A DNA stretch of 64,000 nucleotides from Botryllus schlosseri (lineage: Eukaryota): assembly GCA_051294905.1 (NCBI GenBank), contig CM119386.1:2728001-2792000 (forward strand). Reading direction: 5' to 3'. A program made the position numbers and the translations under genes. Under the pieces are notes generated by a model, which did no database searches, was not told the origin of the DNA, and saw only the letters and a program-made list of their open reading frames with translations. Below, piece by piece: positions 37,701 to 48,089 of this stretch; the stretch's first letter is position 1; each line of letters begins with the position of its first letter.

Positions 37701-40700
37701 TGTATATCAACAATCGTATCACAAGATATGACGTCACCAGCATGAAATTTCCAATGACAGAACATTCAATGTATCATTTTTAGGTGGTACACGAACTCCT
37801 TTTGTTGACAGAAATGAAATTTCATGTTGGTGACGTCATATTTTGTGATACGATTGCTGACGTAGGCCTACACTGTTCTTTCCAATTCTCTACCAGTTTC
37901 TGACGATTACCCCTGACGAGTGTCAGCCGAAAATATCCGGGTTCATTTCAATATGAATATAGGCTACCATTTAATTGTATATTGACGTTCTGTACCTCCA
38001 AAAAGCTCTTAAAAAATGGAGCAATGGGCTGGTGAACCTGCATTAGACGTCGAACACACAGACTAACAGACTTCCATTTACCTGCTTCGACCGCCGGTCC
38101 CCAATAATGGTGCTGGTGGGCAGCGGGCTTGGCTCCTCTTGGTCCTGTCCGAACTCGTCGATTACCCCCGTCATTGCATCACGAAATTCGACCATACCTA
38201 ACCAGAGAGAAACACGGTGAATAACGAGCTCACCACAGAGGACTCTAACAAGTCTCACCTTGAGCTGGAAGGGCTATCTGCGGTGGGGGTTGGCTGTTCG
38301 GACCCATCATCATGTACGCTTGCTGCTGCCTGTGAGAAAGGTGCAGATCAAGAAAATCGAACAAGTTGCAAGTCTACACGGTCAACCACAGCAGAAACGT
38401 ATCAAAATATCTGCCAGGGTTCCCTTGTTAATGAATTACATACATCGGCAAATATCTGTCTATCCGGATGAAGTTGGACTAAGAGGTAGTTATCAGGCAA
38501 TTGCGGATTTTCAAAATGCAATATCTACAAAAGTAATTCCAGTAAACACAGCCAGTGCACGCCGCACTCGTGAATTCCCGAGCCATACCTCACTCTGAGG
38601 TAACGACCTCTCCTATTCTCCTTGAGGTCCAGAAAATATCTCTTGTTGTCACGAATGATACGCTCGGTTTTCAGAGGTTTGTTCATCTCTTCCTGGAAGA
38701 GTTCAAATGACATTTGAACCTGAAGCTCACATAGCGAATGCCTACTGCCAGAGTCGCATAATGACAAAGGCGGACTTCAATAGTGAACCAAGTCTACGAA
38801 ACTCTGCTCTAACGACATACCCTTTATCATTTGGCAATGATGCTCACGTTTCATTGTTTTCAGTAATCTGGGCCGCACATGAATTGTCATCAGTGATAAA
38901 TAGTAATCTGGGCCGCACATGAATTGTCATCAATGATAAATCTAGACTCATACCAGTTTATCCATAAGATAACTTTTACAAGGGTCTTGGAAGGCAACGT
39001 CAACGTCCGACATTAACACTTCCCTATTCAACTATCACCATACGATATATATCAAGAGCACAAACTAATAGTCTATACTATAGTCATGTATTGGGATTTT
39101 TCTAGTGGCATAGCCGGTTTATGATGTAAAACTAGGCTATTCTACATAAAAGCTTCAGACAAAGGCCTTACTGACTTAAGATTTAACCATTACTCTGATA
39201 CGTTATTGTAACTTGCACAAGACAAATATTGCTCGTTTAAAATGACAGCAATTGCGTTCATTTCCAGTTGGTAAAGCTGCTACATCTTTAAGCAGACAAG
39301 AACCACTACTTCTCACATTATCAAGAGGCGCGAAATATCAGAGCAGAAGCAGACCATAACTCAATAGCAAATAAATCAATCCCACACACACAAAATGTCA
39401 AATTAAATTAAATCTGACTAAAATTGAGAACTTTCAGATGTGTAGGCTACAACGCCATTTATAAAACAGTCTTCATTGTACTATGTGCCACTGTCTACAG
39501 TTTTATTTATCAAAGAATAGTGTGACATCAGATCTTATCGTGGCTGGACAGTGGACATTGGACAGCCAGTGAAGTTACAGATAAGGGTAAAACGATAGAA
39601 CAATACACAGGGTTCTTTCACACAAATTCCTACCAATGATCTTAGCAAGTCAAGTACATATTAGGAGTCATCGAGGTGGCTCGTTACACACGATTAAGAA
39701 GGAATTTTTTAACGGAATGGTTACAAATATACATTGTCAATTTAATAACAGAACAAATATAATAATCAAAGGCTTGCAGATTTGACATGCACTAATGAAA
39801 TCACTAACTGGAAAGACATCGGATTGGAGTAGTTTCAGTGATCAAATTTTTATCTACTGTTAATCGTGATAATTGATGATTAACACGCCTGTGCGGCAAT
39901 AAGAAGCATCAAGAGAAAGATAACCTGAACGAGTGAATCCGGATCTGATGGCCCGAGCTTGGCGTAATGCTCAATGAAGTCTCCCAAGAGATTTCTGAAA
40001 TCAATAGCGATGGCCATCGATAGAGTGAGCCGATTTTTGTTGCCGCCAGGTGTGACCTGTTGAAAGTTTGATAATGACATCTCAAACACGGTGCGCTACA
40101 AATAAAATGGCAACATAAAATGACATGTCAATGTTAAATGTGGACACCACACTATTCATTCAACGATATATCTACAATATTGATCCATGCTGTATTCAAG
40201 AAAATAGCTTGTCAATACCATGGCAATGATTTATTGCGCGAGCTTTAAAACTTATCCTTCGGAAGAAAAGGGTAGGTCTGGTCTATCATCAAAGTCGCTA
40301 ATGTAACGAATCACATTCAAAAACCAGCGCAGACACTCCGTTAGAAGTCTCTGCTAGGTTTAAAACAGGCCTTCCATATTATTGAAGAGCAGTGATTACT
40401 TTGACAGCTTCTTGTTATTGTCATCATTAATGTTTCTAAGGAGAGTCAAGAGAAACTCCCTCTGAATGGAAACAAGATGGAACATACCGACAGATGTTAA
40501 TTAAGCGAAATCTTGATCATTGATCCTTAATGCGAGTAGCTCTGACTGAAGCAAACCTATTTCAAGTTAGTTCCCCAAATTCATACATCAAACTTGCAAG
40601 AATTAACTTGTACAGTTTGTTCACTAAATAGGCCTATTCTCCCCCCCCCCCCCCAATATAGACATGACATATTTTAAAGATTGTAGAAACGGTAGAAGGT

Positions 40701-43700
40701 AGGATTTACTCATATGAGTTGCATATAAGTCGATGAAAAATAATTGCCAACTGGTAACTTGACGTCTAATGATCATACCGACACAGAATACTTCAACAGC
40801 TCACAAAAATATAACAATAACCCATGATAATTTGTAAAACTGTATATGCCTGGCATAGTTGTACTGCCACAACAACATAATCTCTGTTATGCGAACTAGT
40901 ACAGGGCAGAATAATAAGCCATGCAATGTCAACCATTATATGATTACCGGCACTTAAAAATAATTCATTTTCATCAGTATAGAGGTTGCCATTACTTCTA
41001 AATCATAGGCCTATTCAAAATACGGACACACAGCTGAGTGGTACATGTGTGTTGCATGAAACATAATGAACCTCATTAGAACTAAGTAGATTTGAATCTT
41101 GATTTTAGAAGTCTCATGATTATGGTCATTTTATGGCAAAGCTGCATTATGAACCGGCCTGCAGAAAGTCTATATATCCAATCTTAACCAGTCTCGTACA
41201 TCTATTTGAAAGTGTTGCCAAGATCAGCAGATCAGGCCATTCAATATGAAAGTCCTACCTAGCAAAGCGTTGGAAGAATTTTGCAGTTGTGAATTTAACA
41301 CAAAATTTGAAATCTTATCATGGAGGTAGGTAGTAAGTGCACTCAATTGTGAATAGAAATATATATTCCAATTCCTGTATGACACCCAAATTAGCAATTG
41401 TATTCATATATTGACGCTTTCCATATTGTCAATACTTGGATTAGACTTTTAATTATGCTACATTCAGAACTATCCAGCCCTGAATTAGGGTGTGGCAAAT
41501 ATCCTCAGGATTGTAAGTTAATCAGCTACTGATATGCAACGATAGCGGACAACAACTACCCAAGTATTTCAAGAAGAGTGTCGTTTAGGGATGGGCTAAT
41601 TCATATCACAGCTGATTTAAAAGGAAATACTTTCATGTTTTTCTGCCAAGTACCAAGTATCTATTTTTAGTCATGGCAAGTACAATTCCTGCCAACTAGC
41701 AATGAATGTCTTGATGATGAAACATAGTACTCAAAATTTAGGAATGGCTAACAAAATCACAGGAGCGTAATGCAAATATAAATTTATAGCTGCCGCAATC
41801 AAATGCAAGTGCACCGGGACATTTTTTATTGCGCATCTGATGAAATAAGTCAAGTCTTGCATTTGATATGATCAAGTTAGGCTAGTTAACATGTTCATAA
41901 ACATGAAAAATGTTGTGGGTGCAGACGTACAGCGACTAGACGGAATATTGTCGCATGCTTAGAAAATGTGCAATAGACAATAATGCTAGCTGACTAATAG
42001 GCCAGTTAATCACCTTAATCAAACTATTGACATTACACAAAAAAGAGCCAGGAGTTGCTGATCACATAACTAGAATCAGCTATTGACCACAAGGCGTTCG
42101 AGGTGGGAATAGTTTTGTTGCTCGGGTTCAATTATCAACATTACCCATTGTCCCAATTGTTGATCGTTGATTTAGAACAATTACATGACAGAAAAGTTTC
42201 GTTTTGCAGCCGCATACTGAAAGCTGTACCTGTACTGATGACCTGATTTCTACTTCAATACCTGATCATATTAAAATGCTACACAGTGCACAGCTTTTCA
42301 TCATCGCATGACAACTGTGATAGATAAATTTACTTTTGGTTACAACAGTGAATAGTTCGAAATTTGATATAGTTCCGCAATAGACCTGGTGTTCTGAAAC
42401 TGGGTTTAACGAACTAGTTTTAGGGGGTCCATGAAATGGCAATACGTCATCAAAAAAACTACAAAAGCAGCTACGAAAGTTTCTAGTGATCAGATATTTT
42501 ATTTGAGGCATGGAATAGCTTAAATGGAGTTGAGAATGAGGTGATGATTTCACAATCATCGGATTCTAAAATTTAGGGGGTACAAGCAATAGGGGTGTTC
42601 AAAATGACTTTTTTTTTCAAATTGTACACTGTACAGGCTACTTGATAAAATTGTTAGGTTACCTAAAAAAACACTGCACACCAATTTTGGCTCAATTCCA
42701 ATTTATTGTGGCATTGCTATAAGAGAAAAAGTTTTTTGATTTATTCATTCAAAATAAATATCTATATTTTTTCAAATTTTACTGTCGACCCCATGGAATT
42801 GTTGGATTGTCAGAAAAAACGACGCACAACGAGTTTGACTCAATTCGAACCAGTAGTAACGAAGTAAATGATGTTCAAAATTTGAGATTTCAAATCATAG
42901 TATTTACGGTGAATTTTACACGGTATATATGATTTCATTGAAACCCAATTTATGTAACTACAATAACTCCGCTTCCATTGGGACAAAGTTGATAAGCATC
43001 GTTTCTATAGACATCCTAACAATTTCATGGGGTGAACACAATAATAAATGAATAACTTTCTTGTCTTGCACCATTGCAAGAGAACCAAATTTGGTGTGTA
43101 AGCTTTAATTAGGTAACCTATCAATTTCATCAAGTGGCCAATAGAATTTGAGAAAAAAAGTCATTTTTGAACACCCCTAACGTGCAACTGCCCACAAAAC
43201 TTGTTGAAGGGGTTCGCTATCAAAAAAGTGTAAGAACGCCCCCCCCCCCCACAATAGATAGCAGTAATTTAGACAGTAATTTGATACATATTGAGCTGAC
43301 CTTGAATGGCCACTCTATGCTCAATATTATGAGCCTGTATTCTATAATTCCACATCAATGTGTGAAAATATACCCTCAGCACACTCTCAATATTGCTTAT
43401 GACACCGCATTTTGTGACATAACTTTTTGGGAAATAGAGATGACGGCGAGGGAAAGGGAAATTTTCTTTTAACAATGCACAGGCTACTCAACTTGTTTGT
43501 TAATTTATTATGATAAAATTATAATAGTTCGTTTCCCACACTCATCACAGTCGATTTGTTTGAAGCAGAAGCTAAGGTAAAACAAGATTGATTGTAGCAC
43601 ACTCAAAATAATCAGCCTAATGAAGCAAAGCCTTACTGGGATGCAAGCATGTTTTCTGGAACTAATAACCCGCGAAGGAAAGTTTTCCTCTGTGGTATAC

Positions 43701-44577
43701 AGATGAAGGATTTATGAAACAATACCAATCTATTGTGATAGTCAGGCGGAATATCAAAACCGGTTGTACACGTGTTACTAGTCAACTCAATCATCGGCTG
43801 TGAACCCTTTTATCCACGGACCACAGATATTTGCAAGTCTCACAAAAACACAGCGAATTCGATATTTAGGATTGGTATCAGTTCATAGAAAGCAACATTG
43901 TCTGTGCACTACAGACACTCGTTTGATAAGAAAGGAGAATTCAGTTGCATATCAAGCTGTCTCTGAATTTAATCAATTAATAGAGATTACCATTACAAAT
44001 GAAATGTCCATAAAGTATTTCTAGCTATTTTATATACAACAACTATCAAGTTCTTCTAAATTTGCAATTAACTAATAAATTTGTCAAAGAGTCAAGACAG
44101 GGATGGATGGATATTTCATAATCATTTTGAATCATGATTAATTATAAATGTTCCTGTTAACTCAATGAGATATGGACATGGTTACCAAACTAGTATTCAA
44201 TGTACTATATATGGTCATTGCAACACCATACAATCCTGCAAAATCTCAAGTATATATAGCTCTCAGATTCTGTGGCACACCCTATTGAAAGGCCTATTCA
44301 ATATTACAGCATGAGCTGCATCTACGTAACTGCATGCAGACGAAGTGAGCAAAAACTAAACGCATTTATTATTACACATGAATATTTTGAGAATAGAATC
44401 AAAACTAACCTCTGCGATCTTGATGAATCGGCCTCTACTGTTCTCCTTTACATCCAAATAGAATCGTTTGTTTTGAATCAATACCACTCTTGAAGCTAGT
44501 TCTTGTGTTCCCGATTCTGCCTGTCTTCTCTGGTACCTCTCTCTTTCTCCAACAAACTTAACCTCGCGGTCCGCCAT
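34603..44577 (-). CDS. PURA: Pur-alpha (transcriptional activator protein Pur family), complete spliced CDS, 287 aa: join 44410-44577, 39925-40056, 38589-38692, 38259-38329, 38082-38197, 36846-36930, 34603-34790
   Basis: Seven GT-AG exons total 864 nt from ATG to TGA with matching phases. Three PUR repeats ([28 protein letters not shown]; [34 protein letters not shown]; [24 protein letters not shown]) and an acidic C-terminal tail. Best described as co-orthologous to vertebrate PURA/B/G. Confidence 0.95.
35942..36685. mobile_element. Tc1/mariner-superfamily (pogo/Tc2-like) non-autonomous element, 744 bp, in Pur-alpha intron 6
   Basis: TA|CCGTAATATTCCATGTATAATGCAC ... GCGCATTATGCATAGAAAATTACGG|TA; 25-bp TIR with 4 mismatches, TA TSD. 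Confidence 0.75.
36262..36457. repeat. Imperfect 51-bp minisatellite (3 clear units plus a degenerate one)
   Basis: TC(G/A)(C/T)T(G/A)GCCTGA at 36344, 36395 and 36446. Confidence 0.8.
36846..36930 (-). CDS. PURA: Pur-alpha exon 6
   Basis: ttttgcag|[28 protein letters not shown](V)|gtaact; phase 0->1. Confidence 0.92.
37618..37959. mobile_element. Inverted pair of Penelope-like pLTR-type fragments in Pur-alpha intron 5
   Basis: Arms 37618-37750 and 37817-37959 are imperfect inverted repeats; each carries a hammerhead-like motif (37668->37635 and 37909-37942). Confidence 0.7.
37909..37942 (+). ncRNA. Degenerate minimal type-I hammerhead motif
   Basis: ACCC-CTGACGA-GTGTCAGCC-GAAA-ATAT-CC-GGGT; core intact, U16.1 replaced by C. 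Confidence 0.45.
38082..38197 (-). CDS. PURA: Pur-alpha exon 5
   Basis: ggttag|(G)[38 protein letters not shown]|gtaaat; phase 1->0. Confidence 0.92.
38259..38329 (-). CDS. PURA: Pur-alpha exon 4
   Basis: ctcacag|(R)[23 protein letters not shown](G)|gtgaga; phase 2->1; followed by a 61-nt intron. Confidence 0.9.
38589..38692 (-). CDS. PURA: Pur-alpha exon 3
   Basis: cttccag|[34 protein letters not shown](R)|gtatgg; phase 0->2. Confidence 0.92.
38862..38941. repeat. 40-bp tandem duplication in Pur-alpha intron 2
   Basis: AGTAATCTGGGCCGCACATGAATTGTCATCA(G/A)TGATAAAT x2, 1 mismatch. Confidence 0.95.
39925..40056 (-). CDS. PURA: Pur-alpha exon 2
   Basis: tcaacag|[44 protein letters not shown]|gttatc. 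Confidence 0.93.
42590..43179. mobile_element. Palindromic (foldback-type) MITE, about 590 bp, in Pur-alpha intron 1
   Basis: TAGGGGTGTTCAAAAATGACTTTTTTT / AAAAAAAGTCATTTTTGAACACCCCTA, with imperfect inverted symmetry continuing inward; possible TA TSD. Confidence 0.85.
44410..44577 (-). CDS. PURA: Pur-alpha exon 1
   Basis: [56 protein letters not shown]|gttagt; phase 0. Confidence 0.92.
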
Positions 44578-45439
44578 CGTCCTACCAGCAATCCGCAAAC
44601 AACTCCCAATCAATCTGTGCAATTCGATAACCACCCAAAATCCGAAGATGCAGACTACAGCAGTTTGCTCTTCGGCAATCGTGAGCCATAAACATTATTA
44701 TCATAAACGGTAAAAGTCATAATCCACTGTTTCAATCAAAAAGCTGCGGTTTGGTGTTTTTTTAATCTTTACGCGCTTCTCTTTAATCATAAGTTTTCAA
44801 CTAAAATAAAAATAAACTCGTTGTCATTCCTCGAAAATCATCCCATGGCCCCAGTCTTGTCAACAAAGTTGTATCGCAATCTCGTGGTGTATTAATTAGA
44901 TAAAAAAAAATTGATAATAAACTGAACTGAACATAACGTTTGTAGGACCGTATAAAACAGCATGTCCCTAAATTTATTAGAACACGCACATTACGCTCGG
45001 AGTCAGGTCGTCCCTAAAGTATGAATCAGAGCAGGCAACGGCCGTGAATCCCCCAATAGGCAAACGCCTAATAGATTATTCTACTTGCGTGAAAAATTAT
45101 CGAGACGACATATTAACCAATGATGATGATGAAGATTTAGCGTCGTCTTCGATTACTTTTCATTCAGTGTGTATTGCATGCCTCTTCTTTCCATCGTGTA
45201 GTAAGCACAGGTGGATGTCAAATTTCAAAGACTACTCCAAGTCGGTTCGATACATTCCTATATTGTCATTGCATCGGAATCTTGTGTTGTTGGTATGAGG
45301 AGAAAATAATTAGAGAGATAGAGAGAGAGAGAGAGTCTTTGTTTTTCATTCAACCAAAATACATAACTAATAGCAGTGGTGGCCCTACGATAGGGGGGTC
45401 GGGGGTGGGCGAGACTTCCGCGCTGGATTAGGTTTTATC

Positions 45440-45774
45440 TATTATTGCATGGCTGCAAGGATAGACTACGTCACAACTAAGTACCTCTACCGCTTGCAGA
45501 GACTTGATGATTATCAGGGACCCAAAGGGACCAGGATATGTGTCCAACAAATCACTGTTAAAAAGATTTGGTGTCCTAAATATAAAAGATATGCGAAGGC
45601 TAGAAATTGCCAAGTTTATGTATCAGTAGCCTACCACTGCGGCCTGCCCGGAAAGCTTCTTTACTTCTTTACCTCGGTATCAAAAGTGCATAAGTATGAA
45701 CAGTGAACACGCGCGTCCACGTCGTCCAACTATCACCTGGTGGACAAAAATATCATTGCTCTATCAAATATGCC
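45440..45774 (+). mobile_element. Degenerate CR1/L2-type LINE ORF2 C-terminal fragment
   Basis: IIAW..KYLYRLQRL..KSLLKRFGVLNIKDMRRLEIAKFMY..LPGKLLYFFTSVSKVHKY..TR..CSIKYA across frameshifts. Confidence 0.7.
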
Positions 45775-46098
45775 TGACCGCCCATATCGCCCACCCCAAA
45801 AGCCTCCACTGACAAAGACACAGCAATAATGATGGCACAGAAATAATACGCATTCACAGTATTCGGTGTCAGATAGGCATGATCCATTACGACCTTGGAG
45901 GTCAACTATACTCCGATCACGACCGTATCATTTTCTTATTTGAGTTCTTTGGAGTCAGCTTTATCAAAATAGCCAATCTAGTTTGTGCCATCCAAAAATC
46001 GTACGTACATATTAACTATTTGAATTTTTATTTTAGTGACGTCATATTTGGCGATACAATCGTTTCGAATTTCTTCTCAATTCTCTATTGCTGTAGAT

Positions 46099-47497
46099 CA
46101 GTGGTTCTTAACCTTGCCTCCAGCGCCCCAAGGGGCGCTGCTGGCGATTTTGAAGGAGGCGGAAACGCTCAGGGGGCGATATGGGGGGCGCTGGGATCAG
46201 GGGGCGGTATGGGGGGCGCTGGAGAAAAATGGCTTCGCAGTAGATGATGTGGTAGTAGGACATATCCTTAATGAATATTCAGAGCGAATTAACACCGAAA
46301 ACTTACGGGTCCGCCCCCCCCCGCCCGACTATGTTTAATTATTTCTTACGGGCCCTACAGTTTCCAAGACACCTCACAATGTTCCCTCTACGTTTTGACG
46401 AGTCTGCGCACACTCACAAAGTCACTGCGCAGATCCTTGGGCAACAGTGCGTAACGACTAAAAAAAGGTCATAACTTCGGATTTGTTGTGCGCAACGTAG
46501 ATTTTCTGTGCGCAGAGACCGTGTCAGCACTGCGCACGTGCGCAGCTTAGAGGGAGCATTGCACCTCACTCAGCTCTACCGGTAAATCTGGTACCGTGAG
46601 CAGAGAGGACAAGAAATTGACAGCAATATATATGCAATTCCCGATCCTATTGACCGATTTTATCATGAATTATCGAAAATTTTCGCGCTTCGCACTGGCT
46701 CGCTAAACAATACAGCTGATTTCGTGGCAAAAGCGAAAAACGTGATGGGGGGGGGTTGGTCGGTTTATCACCCTATGGGAGCCCAAGACCCAAGTTTTTT
46801 CGGCGGGCCTGACGAAATGTCGTTTCGTTCCTGCCAACGGGTATACGCCCTAAGATGTATAATTATTATTGAGGAGTCCTACCTTTTCAATCACACATCA
46901 CTCAGCTCTACCGGTAAATCTGTTTATGTGAGCAGAGAGAGGATAAAAATTGATATCAATATATATGCAGTTACCGATCATATTGACCAATTCAATCAAT
47001 AATTATTGAAATTTTTCGCGCTTCGCGCGTCTAGGCGAGAATAGCTGGCTCAGTAAATGCACACCCAATGTAGATGACCAGTATCAGCAAATAGCGGACA
47101 GCCGGATGGGGGTCTGGGAGTGAAGTCCCCCGGAAGTTTGGTTTATCACCCGATGGGGGCCCAGGCTGAGAGGATAAAAGTTTATAGCGACTTATTTATG
47201 TAATTACCACCTATTCATTTATGCATTATAGAAAATTTTGGTACCTAGGGCGACCAGGCCACACAAACTTTGCAGACCATCGAAATCACGCTATGGGGTT
47301 CGTGGGGGCGAAGCCCTCAGAAGTTTGGTTTATCACGCTATGGGTGCGCAAGGCAATCGTTTTTAGGGGGGTTGACGAAGTGCTGGTACGGCCCTCACTC
47401 TTACTCATTACATTCCTTACAATATGAAGTTGGGGGGCGCTGGAGCACGATAATTTTTGAAAGGGGGCGCTGGAGGAAAAAGGGTTAAGAACCGCTG
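46099..47497. mobile_element. Non-autonomous composite hAT element, 1399 bp
   Basis: TIR CAG(T/C)GGTTCTTAACC (1 mismatch); TSD CTGTAGAT at 46091-46098 and 47498-47505; internal GGGGCG and GGTTTATCAC subrepeats. Confidence 0.92.
46377..46561. mobile_element. 185-bp MITE nested inside the 46099-47497 element
   Basis: TIR CAATG(T/C)TCCCTCTA (14 bp, 1 mismatch); flanked by CACCTCA on both sides; uninterrupted site at about 27610-27630. Confidence 0.88.
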
Positions 47498-47623
47498 CTG
47501 TAGATTGTAAGCCTACCCCTGACCAGTGTCATCCTAATATATTCGAGTAAATTTCGATATGAATATATTAACGCTAGCTAAGATCAACACTCATTAAGAG
47601 CAAATATGTAAGGGCCCTAAAAA

Positions 47624-47920
47624 TAGGGTTACCATACGTCCTCTTTTAAGAGGATTTGTCCTCTTTTTTGACTTTTTAGAAAGTGTCCTCGGAGGACGCC
47701 CTTTTGTCCTTTTTTTGAGATTTTGTTCTCTTTTTTACGAATTTTGGTCATATCTATAGCAAAATTCAACTGTCATGCCGTAAATCAGCACCAGAGTTAC
47801 GCTCCGTCGGGTATTTCGGGAGCCGAGTGAAAAGTTGACCATTTTTTTTAGTCAACTGATCACAATGTGGGAAAAATTTAGTGTCCCCTCTTTTCAGATT
47901 TCTAAAATATGGTAACCATA
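47624..47920. mobile_element. hAT-like MITE, about 297 bp
   Basis: TAGGGTTACCATA ... TATGGTAACCATA (1 mismatch in 13); flanks share only CTAAAA, so the TSD is not clean. Confidence 0.7.
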
Positions 47921-47939
47921 CTAAAAGTCCCCGGAAGCA

Positions 47940-48089
47940 TCCAAATATCATATGAGCGACCGAAAAGATCATCGCTCTATCAAATATGCCGGACCTGATG
48001 TGTGGAACAGTATCCCGCCGGCCGTCCGACAGTCGACGAGCATGTCCACATTCAAGTCGAAATACAAGCAATTACTACTAAATAAATAA
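47940..48089 (+). mobile_element. CR1/L2-type LINE 3' end
   Basis: RSIKYAGPDVWNSIPPAVRQSTSMSTFKSKYKQLLLNK*. Confidence 0.82.
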
